Both the position numbers and the translations under genes were made by a program. Below the pieces are notes generated by a model that was not told where the DNA came from, did not search any database, and was given only the letters and a program-made list of their open reading frames with translations. A stretch of DNA of 64,000 nucleotides from Acidobacteriota bacterium (GTDB taxonomy: Bacteria > Acidobacteriota > Blastocatellia > RBC074), in the NCBI GenBank assembly GCA_018269055.1, contig JAFDVI010000001.1:69443-133442 (forward strand), given 5' to 3'. Shown here in pieces: positions 1 to 10,534 of this stretch. How positions within the stretch are numbered: the first letter of the stretch is position 1; every line of letters begins with the position of its first letter.

Positions 1-1972
1 TCAGTGGCTCGCCGCCTTCAATCGGCAAAAGCGCAACGGTGCTTCGGACGTTTTTTTCATCCTGACAAAAACAGGCAATCCAACTTCCGTCCGGCGAAAT
101 CACCGGACGAGACATAGGCTTTTGACTGAGCGGAACGGGCTCTCCACCTTCAATTGAGACTTTCCACAAAGCAGTCTTGCCGGTGGTGGAAGAGCTGTAA
201 ACCACTGATTTCCCATCAGGCGTTACAGCCGGAAAAACATCCCCGATTCCGTTCGTAAGCTGTCTTGGATTGCCGCCGTCTATGTCCATTCGCCAAATGT
301 GGCTGCCGCCACCACGTTCCGAGGCAAAGACAATGTAACGATTATCAGGGGAAACGACGGGCATAATGTCTGTTTGCGGATCCCGCGTTAGTTGTTTTTG
401 CTGTTTTCCATCAATATCAGTGACCCAAACATCCAGATTGCCGCTGGCATGGGCCGTGAACACCAATTGCCCGTCCGGCGTCCAATCCAGTCCGAAGCGT
501 TCGCTGTAATTGTCTCCAAACCCGGATTTGATCTGCGAAGCTTTCCAGGCATCGAAACTGCCCGCTCCTTCGGGGACAATCCAGATGCTGGAAATTCGGT
601 CGGAGCGCCCGGTCACCAGTAAGCCAGAATCGGCGGTGATTCCAACCCCTTCGTAGCTGGTCATATCATTGGTCACACGGCGGGTTTCGCCTTTCGGGTA
701 GGTCAGCAAATAAAGCTGGTCACCGTATACCGCCGAAGTTCGCTGCCAGGCGCTGAAAACCACGCCACTGCCATCTCCCAGCCAAGCCACCTGGCCAATG
801 CTGGACCAGGTTTGACTGCCGATCGGTTTCGCTGAACCGTCTTCGACATTGACCGTCAACACCTGCATCACGGAATCGCTGGGCACCAAAGCTCCCGCCG
901 CACATGCAACCACGCGACCATCCGGTGACCAGGCCGGTCCGCGCGAAGACAAAATCTCAGGTCGTTTTTTGGTCAGCAATTTTCGATCTTCGGAACCATC
1001 GAGCTTTGCCACGATCAGCGAAGCTTCACGTTGTTGCGGGAAGTTACGCACAAACGCGAAATACTGGCCGTTTGGAGAAAATGTGATCGGGCTATCAACG
1101 TCATTCAATACTTCGCGCGCAATGCCGCCGAACAACGGAACCTGATAGAGCTTGCCAAGGGTCAAACCACCTTGCCTGTTGCGAGGATAGGTCACGTAAT
1201 AAATGAAGTTGTCGTCTGGCGAAAACGTGATTCCAACAAATTCAATTTCGGCCGGCACAACAATCTGAGTCGCACTTTCGGTCGCGACCTGCCTGACCCA
1301 AAGGCTCTGCAGATCACCATTTTCCGCCACATAAGCGACATATTTTCCGTCGCGCGAAATCGTCGGCTGCAACGCCTTGCCTGATGTCGTCAGTTTGACC
1401 GGGGCGATTTGCCGAAAAGCCGTTTTTCCGTGATTGTTCGTGCGCCGATACGCGATGTAAATCGCTAGTACCACAATCGCCAAGCTCACCGCCAGCAATC
1501 CAAACGTCGCCAGCAACCGTTTTCGGTTGAATGGTTCCGGCGCAACTTCAGCCATTGGCCCAGGCAAAGAAACCATTCCGTTCGTTTCTGCCACTTCCGG
1601 CACATGGCCGTTTGTCGCAAAACCCAACTCAGGTTCCGGCTCGCCAACCAATTGAACGTTGGCGGCGAACCTGTAACCGCGTTTCGGAATAGTTTCGATG
1701 AACTGACCGTCGCCGTTTCCATCACCCAACGCGCGACGAAGCTGGGAGATGTTTTGCGTCAAATTGCTCTCTTCGACAAAGGTCTCTGGCCAGAGCAACT
1801 GCATCAATTCTTCCTTGCCGATGATTCGCCCACGGTTTTCTACCAGGGCCAGCAAGGTGTCGAATACTTTGGGCGGCAAAGGAACTGTGCGCCCCTCGCG
1901 CATCAACAACTTTTCACCCGTATCCAAAAGAAACGGGCCAAATTCGTATAACTGCTTGATTTGCTTATTCAT
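1..1972 (-). CDS. Transcriptional regulator with an N-terminal OmpR/CadC-type winged helix, a TM helix, and a TolB-like beta-propeller. The C-terminus is cut by the window edge.
   Basis: A minus-strand ORF runs off position 1, so it is missing from the ORF track. The ATG is at 1970-1972 and translates MNKQIKQLYEFGPFLLD...GYRF, a Trans_reg_C motif. A hydrophobic segment (LLATFGLLAVSLAIVVLAIYIAY) follows, then repeated PD40/TolB-like blades (SPDG..VAY, SPDNRYIVFAS, TPDGKSVVYSS). Confidence 0.8.
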   Translation of the reverse strand, partial: MNKQIKQLYEFGPFLLDTGEKLLMREGRTVPLPPKVFDTLLALVENRGRIIGKEELMQLLWPETFVEESNLTQNISQLRRALGDGNGDGQFIETIPKRGYRFAANVQLVGEPEPELGFATNGHVPEVAETNGMVSLPGPMAEVAPEPFNRKRLLATFGLLAVSLAIVVLAIYIAYRRTNNHGKTAFRQIAPVKLTTSGKALQPTISRDGKYVAYVAENGDLQSLWVRQVATESATQIVVPAEIEFVGITFSPDDNFIYYVTYPRNRQGGLTLGKLYQVPLFGGIAREVLNDVDSPITFSPNGQYFAFVRNFPQQREASLIVAKLDGSEDRKLLTKKRPEILSSRGPAWSPDGRVVACAAGALVPSDSVMQVLTVNVEDGSAKPIGSQTWSSIGQVAWLGDGSGVVFSAWQRTSAVYGDQLYLLTYPKGETRRVTNDMTSYEGVGITADSGLLVTGRSDRISSIWIVPEGAGSFDAWKASQIKSGFGDNYSERFGLDWTPDGQLVFTAHASGNLDVWVTDIDGKQQKQLTRDPQTDIMPVVSPDNRYIVFASERGGGSHIWRMDIDGGNPRQLTNGIGDVFPAVTPDGKSVVYSSSTTGKTALWKVSIEGGEPVPLSQKPMSRPVISPDGSWIACFCQDEKNVRSTVALLPIEGGEPL

Positions 1973-2411
1973 AACCAATCCCGTAAACGCCTTCGGAACC
2001 CAGTTGCAAGTCGCTTGGAAACAACTCAGTCAATTTTGAGCCTTTCTTGAAGACTTACAACGTCTTGTTTCGATAAATGTCCAAACGCAGCGGAGATCAA
2101 CCGGGATCAAACTGACGGCACTCAGGATTGGTCGCGCAATTCGCCGCCAGTGGGTTCCCTTCACGGTCAAGGCTGCACGCATATTAGTCCTGCTCATCGG
2201 GACTCACAACCTTGTCCGAGGCACGGCCGCAAACAAAGGTGAATTCTGACGACTCAAAAAAACCTGCGTTTTCGACTGTGCCGCGGGCGGTTCTTCCAGG
2301 AGACCTTTGGATGGAAGGGAATTTCCGAGGTGGCCTCTTTGGCGTTCCCTTGCTCCAACAATTTCAGCAAAGACGTTTGGTCTTGGCTTTCACGCTGCAC
2401 GATGAAAACAA

Positions 2412-2457
2412 CGAAGACAAAAAACAGGCGAGCGGCAACCAATTCACCGCTCGCCTG
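2412..2457 (-). terminator. Rho-independent terminator read on the minus strand. Likely the distal terminator of the pyrE transcript.
   Basis: An 11-bp perfect stem (caggcgagcgg / ccgctcgcctg, 2425-2435 and 2447-2457) is followed on the minus strand by TTTTTTGTCTTCG. Confidence 0.6.
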
Positions 2458-2794
2458 TCATTTTCCCGCCTGACCTGTTTTTCTTCAGTAACTCCCTGAA
2501 GCCATCAACTCAAAATCACTGAAACAAAACAACTTCTTCGCCTGCAACCCCCAGTTTCACACGATTTTCGATTCGACCACCAGTCATTTTGCAGAAATTC
2601 CATATCTTGGGGCTAAATGAAAAACCGAGTACCATATTTTGCGCCTGGCGATTCCCACCCATGCACTTGACAGCGATTTCACTTAAGCCAGCACGGGCGA
2701 TTTCAGGCGCATATTAGTTTTCACGTGGAACGGCGCGGGTTTTACGCGCCGACCTGCTGAAAGCGCCTGCTGACAGGGGACAAATCCGTTCCTT

Positions 2795-3397
2795 TCATTG
2801 CTGGCCGCCGGGTCGGCTTCCGGGTTTGATCGCGGTCGAACCTTCCTTGCACATCGGACAATCTTCCGGTTTGTAGGTTGGCACTTCCAATACAGCCAAT
2901 GCATGCCGTGGAACGCCCAAATCCACTGCTCCGCCGCTTCGATCAATCAACGAACCTGCTCCGACCGTCACGCCGCCCAAAGCTGCGACGACATCCATCA
3001 CTTCGCGCGTGGAACCGCCAGTTGTCACGACATCTTCGACGACCAGACAGCGTTCGCCTGATTTGATGGAAAATCCTCGTCGCAAGGTCATCACCTTTTC
3101 CTGCCGTTCGGTGAACAGCGCGCGAACGCCCAATGCGCGAGCGACTTCGTGCGCAACGAATACGCCGCCGAGCGCCGGAGCAATGACCAAATCAATCTGG
3201 CCGATGCTCGGATCGGCTTTGGCCTTGGCGGCAAGCTCCGCACAAAGTTTTTCCGCCACAGGCGGATGCTGCAACACCAGCGCGCATTGCAAATACCGCG
3301 AGCTGTGCAGGCCAGAACTGAGCAAAAAGTGGCCTTTCAACAAGGCCTGGTTTTCTTCAAAAATTGTCAACACCTCTTCTGTCGTCATGATTGCCAT
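2795..3397 (-). CDS. pyrE: Orotate phosphoribosyltransferase
   Basis: 200 aa. PRTase-type motifs are present (VLVVEDVVTTGGS PRPP-binding loop), and the length fits PyrE. Confidence 0.85.
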   Translation of the reverse strand: MAIMTTEEVLTIFEENQALLKGHFLLSSGLHSSRYLQCALVLQHPPVAEKLCAELAAKAKADPSIGQIDLVIAPALGGVFVAHEVARALGVRALFTERQEKVMTLRRGFSIKSGERCLVVEDVVTTGGSTREVMDVVAALGGVTVGAGSLIDRSGGAVDLGVPRHALAVLEVPTYKPEDCPMCKEGSTAIKPGSRPGGQQ

Positions 3398-3501
3398 CCA
3401 GAAAATGAAGTTCCCGGTTCGCAGTTTACAGGTCGCGGCTTGTGGAGTTACTTTGTCGCCGCTGTCTCACAACTCTTCAAACCGGAAAGCGAAAAAAAAT
3501 T

Positions 3502-4242
3502 ATGTCCACAAAACTAAATCTGGAGGAGCACATCTCCTCCAAAGAGAAAAAGCAAGGCTACGTCACGCAGATGTTTGAAATCATCGCTCCGCGCTATGAT
3601 TTCTTCACGGTCTTTTTTTCTTATGGCATGGATCGCGGTTGGAAACGCAAGCTGATTGAAATGCTCAATCCGAAAGGCCACGAATGCGCGCTCGATTTGG
3701 CCTGCGGCACCGGCGACATCACCTTCGCGCTGGGAGAGAAGCTGCCGCGCGGTGAGGCCACCGGGTTAGACATTACAACGGGAATGATTGAAATCGCCGA
3801 ACGGAAGCGCAGGGAAAAAGGCGTCAACAATGTTCGCTTCCAACTCGGCGACATCATGAAAATGCCTTTCGCCGACAACTCCTTTGATTATGTCACCTGC
3901 GGGTATGCGCTCAGAAACGTGCCGGATGTCGAAAAGGCGCTCGTAGAAATCAACCGCGTTATGAAGCCCGGCGGACGAATCATTTCGCTGGATTTCGCTC
4001 AGCCAGACAATCGGATTTACCGCTGGCTATACTTGAATTACCTGATCGTCACCGGTTCGCTGGTCGGCATTTTAATGCACGGCGACGCAGACATTTACCG
4101 CTATATTCCCGAAAGCTTGAAACGCTATCCGGGCCAGCATGGCGTTCAAACCCTCATGAACCAAGTGGGTTTCACAGAAACAGGTTTCCGCGTCTTTGGC
4201 GGCGGCATCATGTCTCTCAATTTCGGAACCAAGCCGAACTAA
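3502..4242 (+). CDS. ubiE: Class I SAM-dependent methyltransferase of the UbiE/MenG type (demethylmenaquinone/ubiquinone C-methyltransferase family)
   Basis: SAM-binding motif I is LDLACGTGD. Motifs YDFFT..S.G and YALRNVPD are typical of UbiE/MenG. The ATG at 3502 is preferred over the ORF-track start at 3442. It converges with fabF, with stops overlapping at 4239-4242. Confidence 0.75.
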   Translation: MSTKLNLEEHISSKEKKQGYVTQMFEIIAPRYDFFTVFFSYGMDRGWKRKLIEMLNPKGHECALDLACGTGDITFALGEKLPRGEATGLDITTGMIEIAERKRREKGVNNVRFQLGDIMKMPFADNSFDYVTCGYALRNVPDVEKALVEINRVMKPGGRIISLDFAQPDNRIYRWLYLNYLIVTGSLVGILMHGDADIYRYIPESLKRYPGQHGVQTLMNQVGFTETGFRVFGGGIMSLNFGTKPN

Positions 4243-5507
4243 GCTTCAAACCTCCTCACTACCAGTGCGGAGTTTTTCGATCCGAATCCGATGCAATTGC
4301 ACACTGCAGTGCGGATGTCCGCCGGGCGAGCCGCGTTCGGCACGTAATCCAGATCGCATTCTGGATCGGCTTCGTCCAAATTGATGGTCGGCGGTAGAAA
4401 TCCTCCGTTGATGCCGCCAATGGTCGCCATCAACCCCGCCGCGCCAGAAGCTCCCTGCGGATGCCCGATCATGCTCTTGGTCGCGCTCATCGGAATTTTG
4501 TAAGCCAAATCGCCGAAGGCATTTTTGACCGCACGCGTTTCAATGCGGTCATTCAGTTTGGTCGAAGTTCCATGCAGATTGATATAATCCACTTCTTGCG
4601 GCGCGATTCCAGCATCGCGCATTGCCAGCGTCATCGCCCGTGCGGGTTCCACGCCACTTTCATCCAGTTGTACGCGGTGATGCGCGTCGCAGGTAGAACC
4701 GTAGCCGACAATTTCCGCATAAATCTTCGCGCCGCGTTTTTGCGCGTGCTCCAACTCTTCCAGCACGAACAGGTAACCACCTTCGCCGATAACGAACCCA
4801 TCACGATCACGGCTGAACGGGCGCGAACCGCGCGCCGGTTCGTGATTCCACGAAGGTGTCATCACCTTCAACATGCAAAACCCCAGCATGAAACTGTGCG
4901 CCAACGGAGCGTCCACGCCTCCGGTCAGCACACTGTTGACGCGACCAAGCGCGATATTTTGTGCTGCATAATTGATCGCATCGGTCGAAGACGTGCAGCC
5001 CGTGGAAACCAGATGACTGAAGCCTTTGATCCCAAACGGCATCGAAAGCTCGCTGGGCAAAGACCCAGGCGTCGCCGTCGGAATCGTGTAAATGCTGGCG
5101 CGTTTGGCTTCGTTGCCAAAATAATACCGATACTGTTTTTCAATGAATCCAAGCGAAGCGCCGCCGCTGCCCAGCACGATGCCGATGTCGCGTTTTTCAT
5201 CCAGCGACATTTCTCGTGGATTCAATCGCGCGTCAGCAAACGCCAGTTCCGCCGCAGCAACGGCAAACGCCACTGTCAGGGAAACGTGTTGCCGATCTTT
5301 GGCAGAGATGAATTGATCCGGATCGAAGTCTTTCACTTCGGCGGCAATCTGTACCGGCAAATCGTCCGGCTCAAATCGCGTGATGCGATTCACACCACTC
5401 CGACCGGTGCGGATGGATTGCCAATACTGCTCTTTGCCTAAGCCAATCGGAGTGACACAACCGATGCCCGTGACGACAACGCGTCGCAGCGTTTTAGGTA
5501 TTTGCAT
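4239..5507 (-). CDS. fabF: 3-oxoacyl-[acyl-carrier-protein] synthase II (KAS II)
   Basis: 422 aa. Contains the active-site Cys region ([12 protein letters not shown]), two His motifs ([16 protein letters not shown]) and a C-terminal GHPQGASGA. Confidence 0.9.
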   Translation of the reverse strand: MQIPKTLRRVVVTGIGCVTPIGLGKEQYWQSIRTGRSGVNRITRFEPDDLPVQIAAEVKDFDPDQFISAKDRQHVSLTVAFAVAAAELAFADARLNPREMSLDEKRDIGIVLGSGGASLGFIEKQYRYYFGNEAKRASIYTIPTATPGSLPSELSMPFGIKGFSHLVSTGCTSSTDAINYAAQNIALGRVNSVLTGGVDAPLAHSFMLGFCMLKVMTPSWNHEPARGSRPFSRDRDGFVIGEGGYLFVLEELEHAQKRGAKIYAEIVGYGSTCDAHHRVQLDESGVEPARAMTLAMRDAGIAPQEVDYINLHGTSTKLNDRIETRAVKNAFGDLAYKIPMSATKSMIGHPQGASGAAGLMATIGGINGGFLPPTINLDEADPECDLDYVPNAARPADIRTAVCNCIGFGSKNSALVVRRFEA

Positions 5508-5603
5508 ATTTTTGATCTCGCTTGAGTGAAGGATGTAAAGAGTGCGAGTGATAGCTTACCGCGAGTCGGCGGATTCGCCAAATTCGATCCATACGCGTTG
5601 AGG

Positions 5604-5999
5604 TCAAATCACCTGGATCGAAATACTGGTGTAATGGTTCAACCGATGATCGTTTGTCAAAAACACATCGCAGTTGGAAATGGCAGCGGCGGCTAAATGA
5701 AGTGAATCCGGAGTTTTGAAGTTGAATTGCGCTCGGATTTCGGTGGCCTTATCAATCACATCACGAGTCAGAGGCACGATCTCAGCAATTGTGTTTGCAA
5801 AATAATCGTCAAAGTCTTGCAATAAAATCAGATCAACCAATTGAATTGGTTTCACGCGACATTCCAATCGTGAAAGTTCACTGGTAATTGGAATAATCCC
5901 GGTCGAAGCTAACTGACTGCGGACTAAGGACGCGTACGGCTGACGTTGTTCAATCAGATAGATGATAGGAGCAGCATCAAGGTAATAACGCATCTTCAA
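5604..5999 (-). CDS. vapC: PIN-domain toxin, VapC family
   Basis: 131 aa. The N-terminus is MRYYLDAAPIIY. It shows the acidic PIN quartet pattern and overlaps the upstream antitoxin by 4 bp. Confidence 0.75.
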   Translation of the reverse strand: MKMRYYLDAAPIIYLIEQRQPYASLVRSQLASTGIIPITSELSRLECRVKPIQLVDLILLQDFDDYFANTIAEIVPLTRDVIDKATEIRAQFNFKTPDSLHLAAAAISNCDVFLTNDHRLNHYTSISIQVI

Positions 6000-6244
6000 T
6001 CATTCCAGCTATCGCGCTCGGCTTGTAAATCGGCGTCTATTTCCTCACGTGTGCGAGGTTGATGCCCGCGCGCTTGTTGTCGTGCCCAAATTTCAGCAAT
6101 AACTTCGTCATGTGGGCGCTTTTGGACAGGCTTAATCGGTTCGACCGACAGCCGCACTTTCATCGGCGTCAGCGGCAAGGCTTCATCCAATGTCACGGTG
6201 TTCTGATCAGTCAGTGTGCCCGTTACGATATATGCAGTTTCCAT
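5996..6244 (-). CDS. vapB: VapB-type antitoxin
   Basis: 82 aa (METAYIVTGTL...). A GAGGT RBS lies 7 nt upstream of the ATG at 6244. ATGA overlap with vapC. Confidence 0.65.
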   Translation of the reverse strand: METAYIVTGTLTDQNTVTLDEALPLTPMKVRLSVEPIKPVQKRPHDEVIAEIWARQQARGHQPRTREEIDADLQAERDSWND

Positions 6245-6302
6245 AGTTGTTACCTCGGCGGCGATTATAAGCTGAACCGGTTGGTGCGGAAATGCGAAAG
6301 CC

Positions 6303-7064
6303 TTAAACGTCATAATCAATCACCACTGGAGCGTGGTCGGAAAAGAACTGGTCGGTATGAATTTTCGGCGAATGTGCCACCTTGTTCAGCCCCGGCGTCG
6401 TGAAATGGTAATCCAGCCGCCACCCGACGTTGTTGGCGCGCGCGTTGCCGCGATTTGACCACCATGAATAATGCACCGCTTCAGGGCCAACCAGATGCCG
6501 GAATGTGTCGTGATAGCCGACCTCCAAAAACGTTGTCAGCCAGGCGCGCTCTTCGGGCAAAAAGCCGGAGTTCTTTTGATTGCTGCGCCAGTTTTTCAGA
6601 TCAATTTGTTGGTGCGCGATGTTGAAATCTCCGCAAAAGACTAACTCGCGTTTGCTTTTGCGCAGCCGCTGGCAATGCGCCAGAAATTCCTCCATGAACT
6701 TCAGCTTGATGGCCAGCCGTTCCGGACTGCTCGTCCCCGACGGGATGTAGGTCGAAACCACGGTGAAATCTTTGAAATCCGCTTGCAGCACGCGACCTTC
6801 GCAATCGTAAACGCAATTGATCCCGCGCGTGACTTTTTTCGGCTTGGTTTTCGAGAGCACGGCAACGCCGCTGTAACCGGACTTTTCCGCCGGATACCAT
6901 TCCGCGTGATAGCCGAGCGATTGCCATTCCGCAGGAATTTGCGCCGGCAGCGCCCGCACTTCCTGCAAACAAATGACATCGGCTCCGCTCATCGCGAGCC
7001 AGGAAACTACGCCTTTCGCTGTCGCCGAGCGAATACCATTCACATTGAGAGTAATAAGTCGCAT
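6303..7064 (-). CDS. xth: Exodeoxyribonuclease III (AP endonuclease, EEP family)
   Basis: Begins MRLITLNVNGIRS, the canonical Xth N-terminus, and carries the C-terminal SDHAPV motif. The start at 7064 gives 253 aa. The longer ORF to 7247 would overlap the next gene. Confidence 0.85.
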   Translation of the reverse strand: MRLITLNVNGIRSATAKGVVSWLAMSGADVICLQEVRALPAQIPAEWQSLGYHAEWYPAEKSGYSGVAVLSKTKPKKVTRGINCVYDCEGRVLQADFKDFTVVSTYIPSGTSSPERLAIKLKFMEEFLAHCQRLRKSKRELVFCGDFNIAHQQIDLKNWRSNQKNSGFLPEERAWLTTFLEVGYHDTFRHLVGPEAVHYSWWSNRGNARANNVGWRLDYHFTTPGLNKVAHSPKIHTDQFFSDHAPVVIDYDV

Positions 7065-7165
7065 GGAGTTAATAGATTGGGAACGCATGCAATGGCGCGT
7101 GCGTTCCCGGTTTACGATGTTACGGTTCAGCAAAGTTCGCGGACGTCCCCGTCCGCGCTCCCGGC

Positions 7166-10100
7166 TTAGTTCGTCACCAATGGCAGATTCGCATTGCGGA
7201 GTTGGTCGTTGAGCGCTTTCACCTCTTTGCTCTTCAACTCTTCCCATCGGCCGAGCAAATCGGCCAAAGTGCGTTGCGCGCTGGAGGTCGCGGCAACGGC
7301 TTGTGTGGTCGGGGGCATGTCAGTGTCATCCACCAGATTCATCAGCGAATACAGCTCGCCAGCAACGCCCGACAGGCTTGGGGCGCCACCTCCGCCGCCA
7401 CGGCCTCCACCACCGAAACGGCCTCCGCCGCCTGCGCCTTCAATCGCGGAAGCTTTTTGATCAAGCGCGGTGATGGCATCTGCAACGCCGCCCTGCCCGG
7501 CTTTGTCTTTCAAGGATCGCAACTGATCGCGCAGTTTGCGGATGTCAGCTTGCGCAGCGCGCGCCTTGGTAATGCCGTCGTAACAACGCATCGCCACGTC
7601 ATGGATTTGCGCCAAGCCTGCCTGCGGCGTAGTCACGCGCGGGTCCATTTTCACGGTCAGCGGTTGGGTGAAGCTTTTGCCGTCCACGGTCAGGCGGACT
7701 TGATAAGTGCCGGGGCTGACCAACGGGCCATCGGGTTGCGGCGGCGTGTCTTCGTAAATGGCCGTCATCGGATACGTTCGCGGAAAGCCTGCGGGAGGCG
7801 TGTAGCGCAAATCCCACGTCCATCGCTGCATTCCGGCTTTGCTGGGCAGCACACGCGGCGCACGGAACCAGTATTCCGGATAAGCCTGTGTTTTGGGATC
7901 AACCGCCTCGGGTTCGTCAGCACTGGAATAACGGCGGATGACGCGGCCCGATTGGCCCAGAATTTCCAGCGTGACGTCTTTGGCGTCTGTTTTCAGCCAG
8001 TAATTGATGATTGCGCCATCAGGCGGGTTTTGACCCATTGGCTCTTCGGGCGGGATGGGCGTGTCGGTATTATTGCTACGGCGAACGCGAATGGCGGCTT
8101 GCGGTTTGTACAAATGTGCATCGGCGCTGGCGACATTGCCATCAATCTGCCGCAGTGGCGTGATGTCGTCCAGAATCCAGAAACTGCGTCCGTGCGTGCC
8201 GACGACAATATCGTCGTCTTTGATGACCAAATCGCGGATCGAACTTGGTGGCAAATTCAGTCGCAATGATTGCCAGTTGTCACCATCATCAAATGAGACG
8301 TAAACCGTCTGCTCGGTTCCGGCAAAAAGCAATCCTTTGCGCTGCGGGTCTTCGCGGACGACATTGACGATGGTGCCGTTCGGGATTCCGTTGGTAATGT
8401 GTTTCCAGGTTTTGCCGCCGTCGTGCGTGCGGTAAATGTGCGGGCGCAGATCGTCAATGCGCAGCGTGTTGATTGCCGCGTACGCCGTGTCGTTGTCGAA
8501 ATGCCCTGCATCCATCAGCGACACTTTCATCCACGATTTCAAATCGGGCGGTGTGACGTTCGACCAGTTTTCGCCGCCGTCGCGCGTGATGTGAATCAAC
8601 CCGTCGTCGGTTCCCACCCAGATGGTATTGATGTCTTTTTGCGAAGGCGCGATGGTGTAAATGACGCCTCGGCGCGGCATGGTCGCCATCTCCGGCGTGC
8701 GATATTTCCCGATGACTTCGGGGATGTCGTATTTTTCGCGCGTCAAATCGGGGCTGATGACTTCCCAACTGTTTCCGCCATTTGTCGTTTTGAACAGCAC
8801 GTTGCCGGAATAGTAAAGCGTCTTGTTATCCACCGCCGAAAAGATGACTGGCTGCGTGCGCAGGAAACGATATTTGCCGCTGCGAACGGCTTCGGGCGCG
8901 ATGTTTTGCGTCTGGCCGGTTTTCCAATCGTATTTGGTGATTTTGCCGCCGTAAATGATGTCCGGGTTGAGCGGGTCAGGCGCGACATAACCGTACTCTT
9001 CGACGCCAACCGTGCGCCAATCGCGCCAGGTGATTGCGCCGTAATCTCCGCGCGAAGCGACAGCAACGGAACCGCTTTCCTGCTGTCCGCTGTACACCCA
9101 ATAGGGCCAGCGGTTATCCGTAATGACGTGATACATCTGCGCCGTCGGCTGGTTGTACCAACTGCTCCAGGTTTCTCCGCCGTTGACAGTGATGGTCGCG
9201 CCCTGGTCGGCGGCAAACAGCATAATGTCGGGCTGGTTCGGGTTGATCCAGATGCGATGATAATCATCGCCGCCCGGTGCGCCTTTGAACCCTGTCCAGG
9301 TTTTGCCGCCGTCGGTGGATTTATACGACGCTGTGTTGGCGACAAACACGATGTCAGAATTTTTCGGATTAAAGCGAATTTCGGCGAAATCCGATCCGCG
9401 CCCCCAGGTGCGCGCTTCGTTGCTGACCTTATGCCAGGTTTCGCCCGCGTCTTCGCTGCGATAAATGCCGCCGGTTTGCTGGTTCGCATCCACCGTCGCG
9501 ATCAAAATATTCGGATTGCTGCGCGATACGTCGAAGCCAATTCGTCCCAGCCCCTGTTCAATGGTTGGCAAGCCTTTGGTCAGTAGCCGCCAGGTCGTGC
9601 CGCCATCTGTGGATTTGTACAAACCGCTGCCCGGCCCTTGCCACTGGCCGTTTTCCCAAGGGCCGTGGCGGATTTCAAACAAAGCTGCATACACGATTTG
9701 CGGATTTGCGGGATCGAACTGCACCTGCATTGCGCCCGTGTTTTCGTCTTTGTACAACACCTTCTGCCAGGTTTCGCCGCCGTCCATCGAACGGAAAACG
9801 CCGCGTTCCTGGTTTGGCCCGAACGGGTGGCCGCAAACTGCCACAAAGACGCGATTCGGATTTTTCGGATCCACGATGACCGAACCAATTTGCTGGCTGT
9901 CTTTCAACCCCATGTTTCGCCAGGTTTTGCCGCCGTCCGTGGATTTGTACATGCCGTCGCCAACGGAAAGATCGGGCCTGAGCGGCAAGCCTTCGCCGCT
10001 GCCAACGTAAATGACATTTGGGTCGGATTCAGACACGGCTAAATCGCCAATCGAACCGGTCGGTTGATCATCAAAAATCGGTTTCCAGGTGCGTCCACCA

Positions 10101-10333
10101 TCAGTTGTTTTCCAGACGCCTCCGTTATTGACGCCGATAAAAAAGACGTTCGGTTGGTTTGGAATCCCCGCCGCGCCGACGGTTCTGCCAGCGCGAAACG
10201 GCCCAATACAACGCCAACGCATGCTTTGATACAACGATTGCCCGAACTGCTGCGCGTTTGCGCCTTGTTCAGCGAAAGGCAGACAAATCGCCAGCAAAAG
10301 ACAAACCAATAGACAACGGCGAAAAATAATCAC
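7166..10333 (-). CDS. Secreted BNR/Asp-box repeat protein (sortilin/VPS10- and GH74-like beta-propellers) with a C-terminal Gly-rich tail
   Basis: 1055 aa with a signal peptide. At least 11 Asp-box motifs S/T-x-D-x-G-x-T/S-W are present (TTDGGRTW, STDGGKTW, SMDGGETW and others). Ends in GGGGRFGGGGRGGGGG. Confidence 0.8.
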   Translation of the reverse strand: MIIFRRCLLVCLLLAICLPFAEQGANAQQFGQSLYQSMRWRCIGPFRAGRTVGAAGIPNQPNVFFIGVNNGGVWKTTDGGRTWKPIFDDQPTGSIGDLAVSESDPNVIYVGSGEGLPLRPDLSVGDGMYKSTDGGKTWRNMGLKDSQQIGSVIVDPKNPNRVFVAVCGHPFGPNQERGVFRSMDGGETWQKVLYKDENTGAMQVQFDPANPQIVYAALFEIRHGPWENGQWQGPGSGLYKSTDGGTTWRLLTKGLPTIEQGLGRIGFDVSRSNPNILIATVDANQQTGGIYRSEDAGETWHKVSNEARTWGRGSDFAEIRFNPKNSDIVFVANTASYKSTDGGKTWTGFKGAPGGDDYHRIWINPNQPDIMLFAADQGATITVNGGETWSSWYNQPTAQMYHVITDNRWPYWVYSGQQESGSVAVASRGDYGAITWRDWRTVGVEEYGYVAPDPLNPDIIYGGKITKYDWKTGQTQNIAPEAVRSGKYRFLRTQPVIFSAVDNKTLYYSGNVLFKTTNGGNSWEVISPDLTREKYDIPEVIGKYRTPEMATMPRRGVIYTIAPSQKDINTIWVGTDDGLIHITRDGGENWSNVTPPDLKSWMKVSLMDAGHFDNDTAYAAINTLRIDDLRPHIYRTHDGGKTWKHITNGIPNGTIVNVVREDPQRKGLLFAGTEQTVYVSFDDGDNWQSLRLNLPPSSIRDLVIKDDDIVVGTHGRSFWILDDITPLRQIDGNVASADAHLYKPQAAIRVRRSNNTDTPIPPEEPMGQNPPDGAIINYWLKTDAKDVTLEILGQSGRVIRRYSSADEPEAVDPKTQAYPEYWFRAPRVLPSKAGMQRWTWDLRYTPPAGFPRTYPMTAIYEDTPPQPDGPLVSPGTYQVRLTVDGKSFTQPLTVKMDPRVTTPQAGLAQIHDVAMRCYDGITKARAAQADIRKLRDQLRSLKDKAGQGGVADAITALDQKASAIEGAGGGGRFGGGGRGGGGGAPSLSGVAGELYSLMNLVDDTDMPPTTQAVAATSSAQRTLADLLGRWEELKSKEVKALNDQLRNANLPLVTN

Positions 10334-10444
10334 GGTTCACCTCCGAAAATGGGGTTGGGTTGTTACGAATTGAAGAGACTGCTTGTTAAGACGCCACGGA
10401 TTTTACACGCAAGCAAGCAAAGGCGGGAATTGCCTTCGTGATAG

Positions 10445-10506
10445 CAAAGAAAAAACCGCGAAACGGACAATCAAGCCGGGTCAGCTTTAATCGCCCATTT
10501 CGCGGT
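10445..10506 (-). terminator. Probable intrinsic terminator of the RRM-protein gene (minus strand)
   Basis: A 9-bp stem (accgcgaaa / tttcgcggt) with a structured loop, then TTTTTT on the minus strand, immediately downstream of the stop at 10535. Confidence 0.5.
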
Positions 10507-10534
10507 TTAATCCGATCAAATCGCAATCGTTTTT

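Noticed and set aside
6303-7247. Long 314-aa form of Xth
   Set aside because: The extension overlaps the upstream BNR gene and precedes the canonical MRLITLNVNG start.
7202-9586. Long plus-strand ORFs (355 and 395 aa) inside the BNR-repeat gene
   Set aside because: They are antisense to a well-supported 1055-aa CDS with clear Asp-box repeats. Their composition is Arg/Ala-rich, typical of high-GC antisense artefacts, and they have no RBS.
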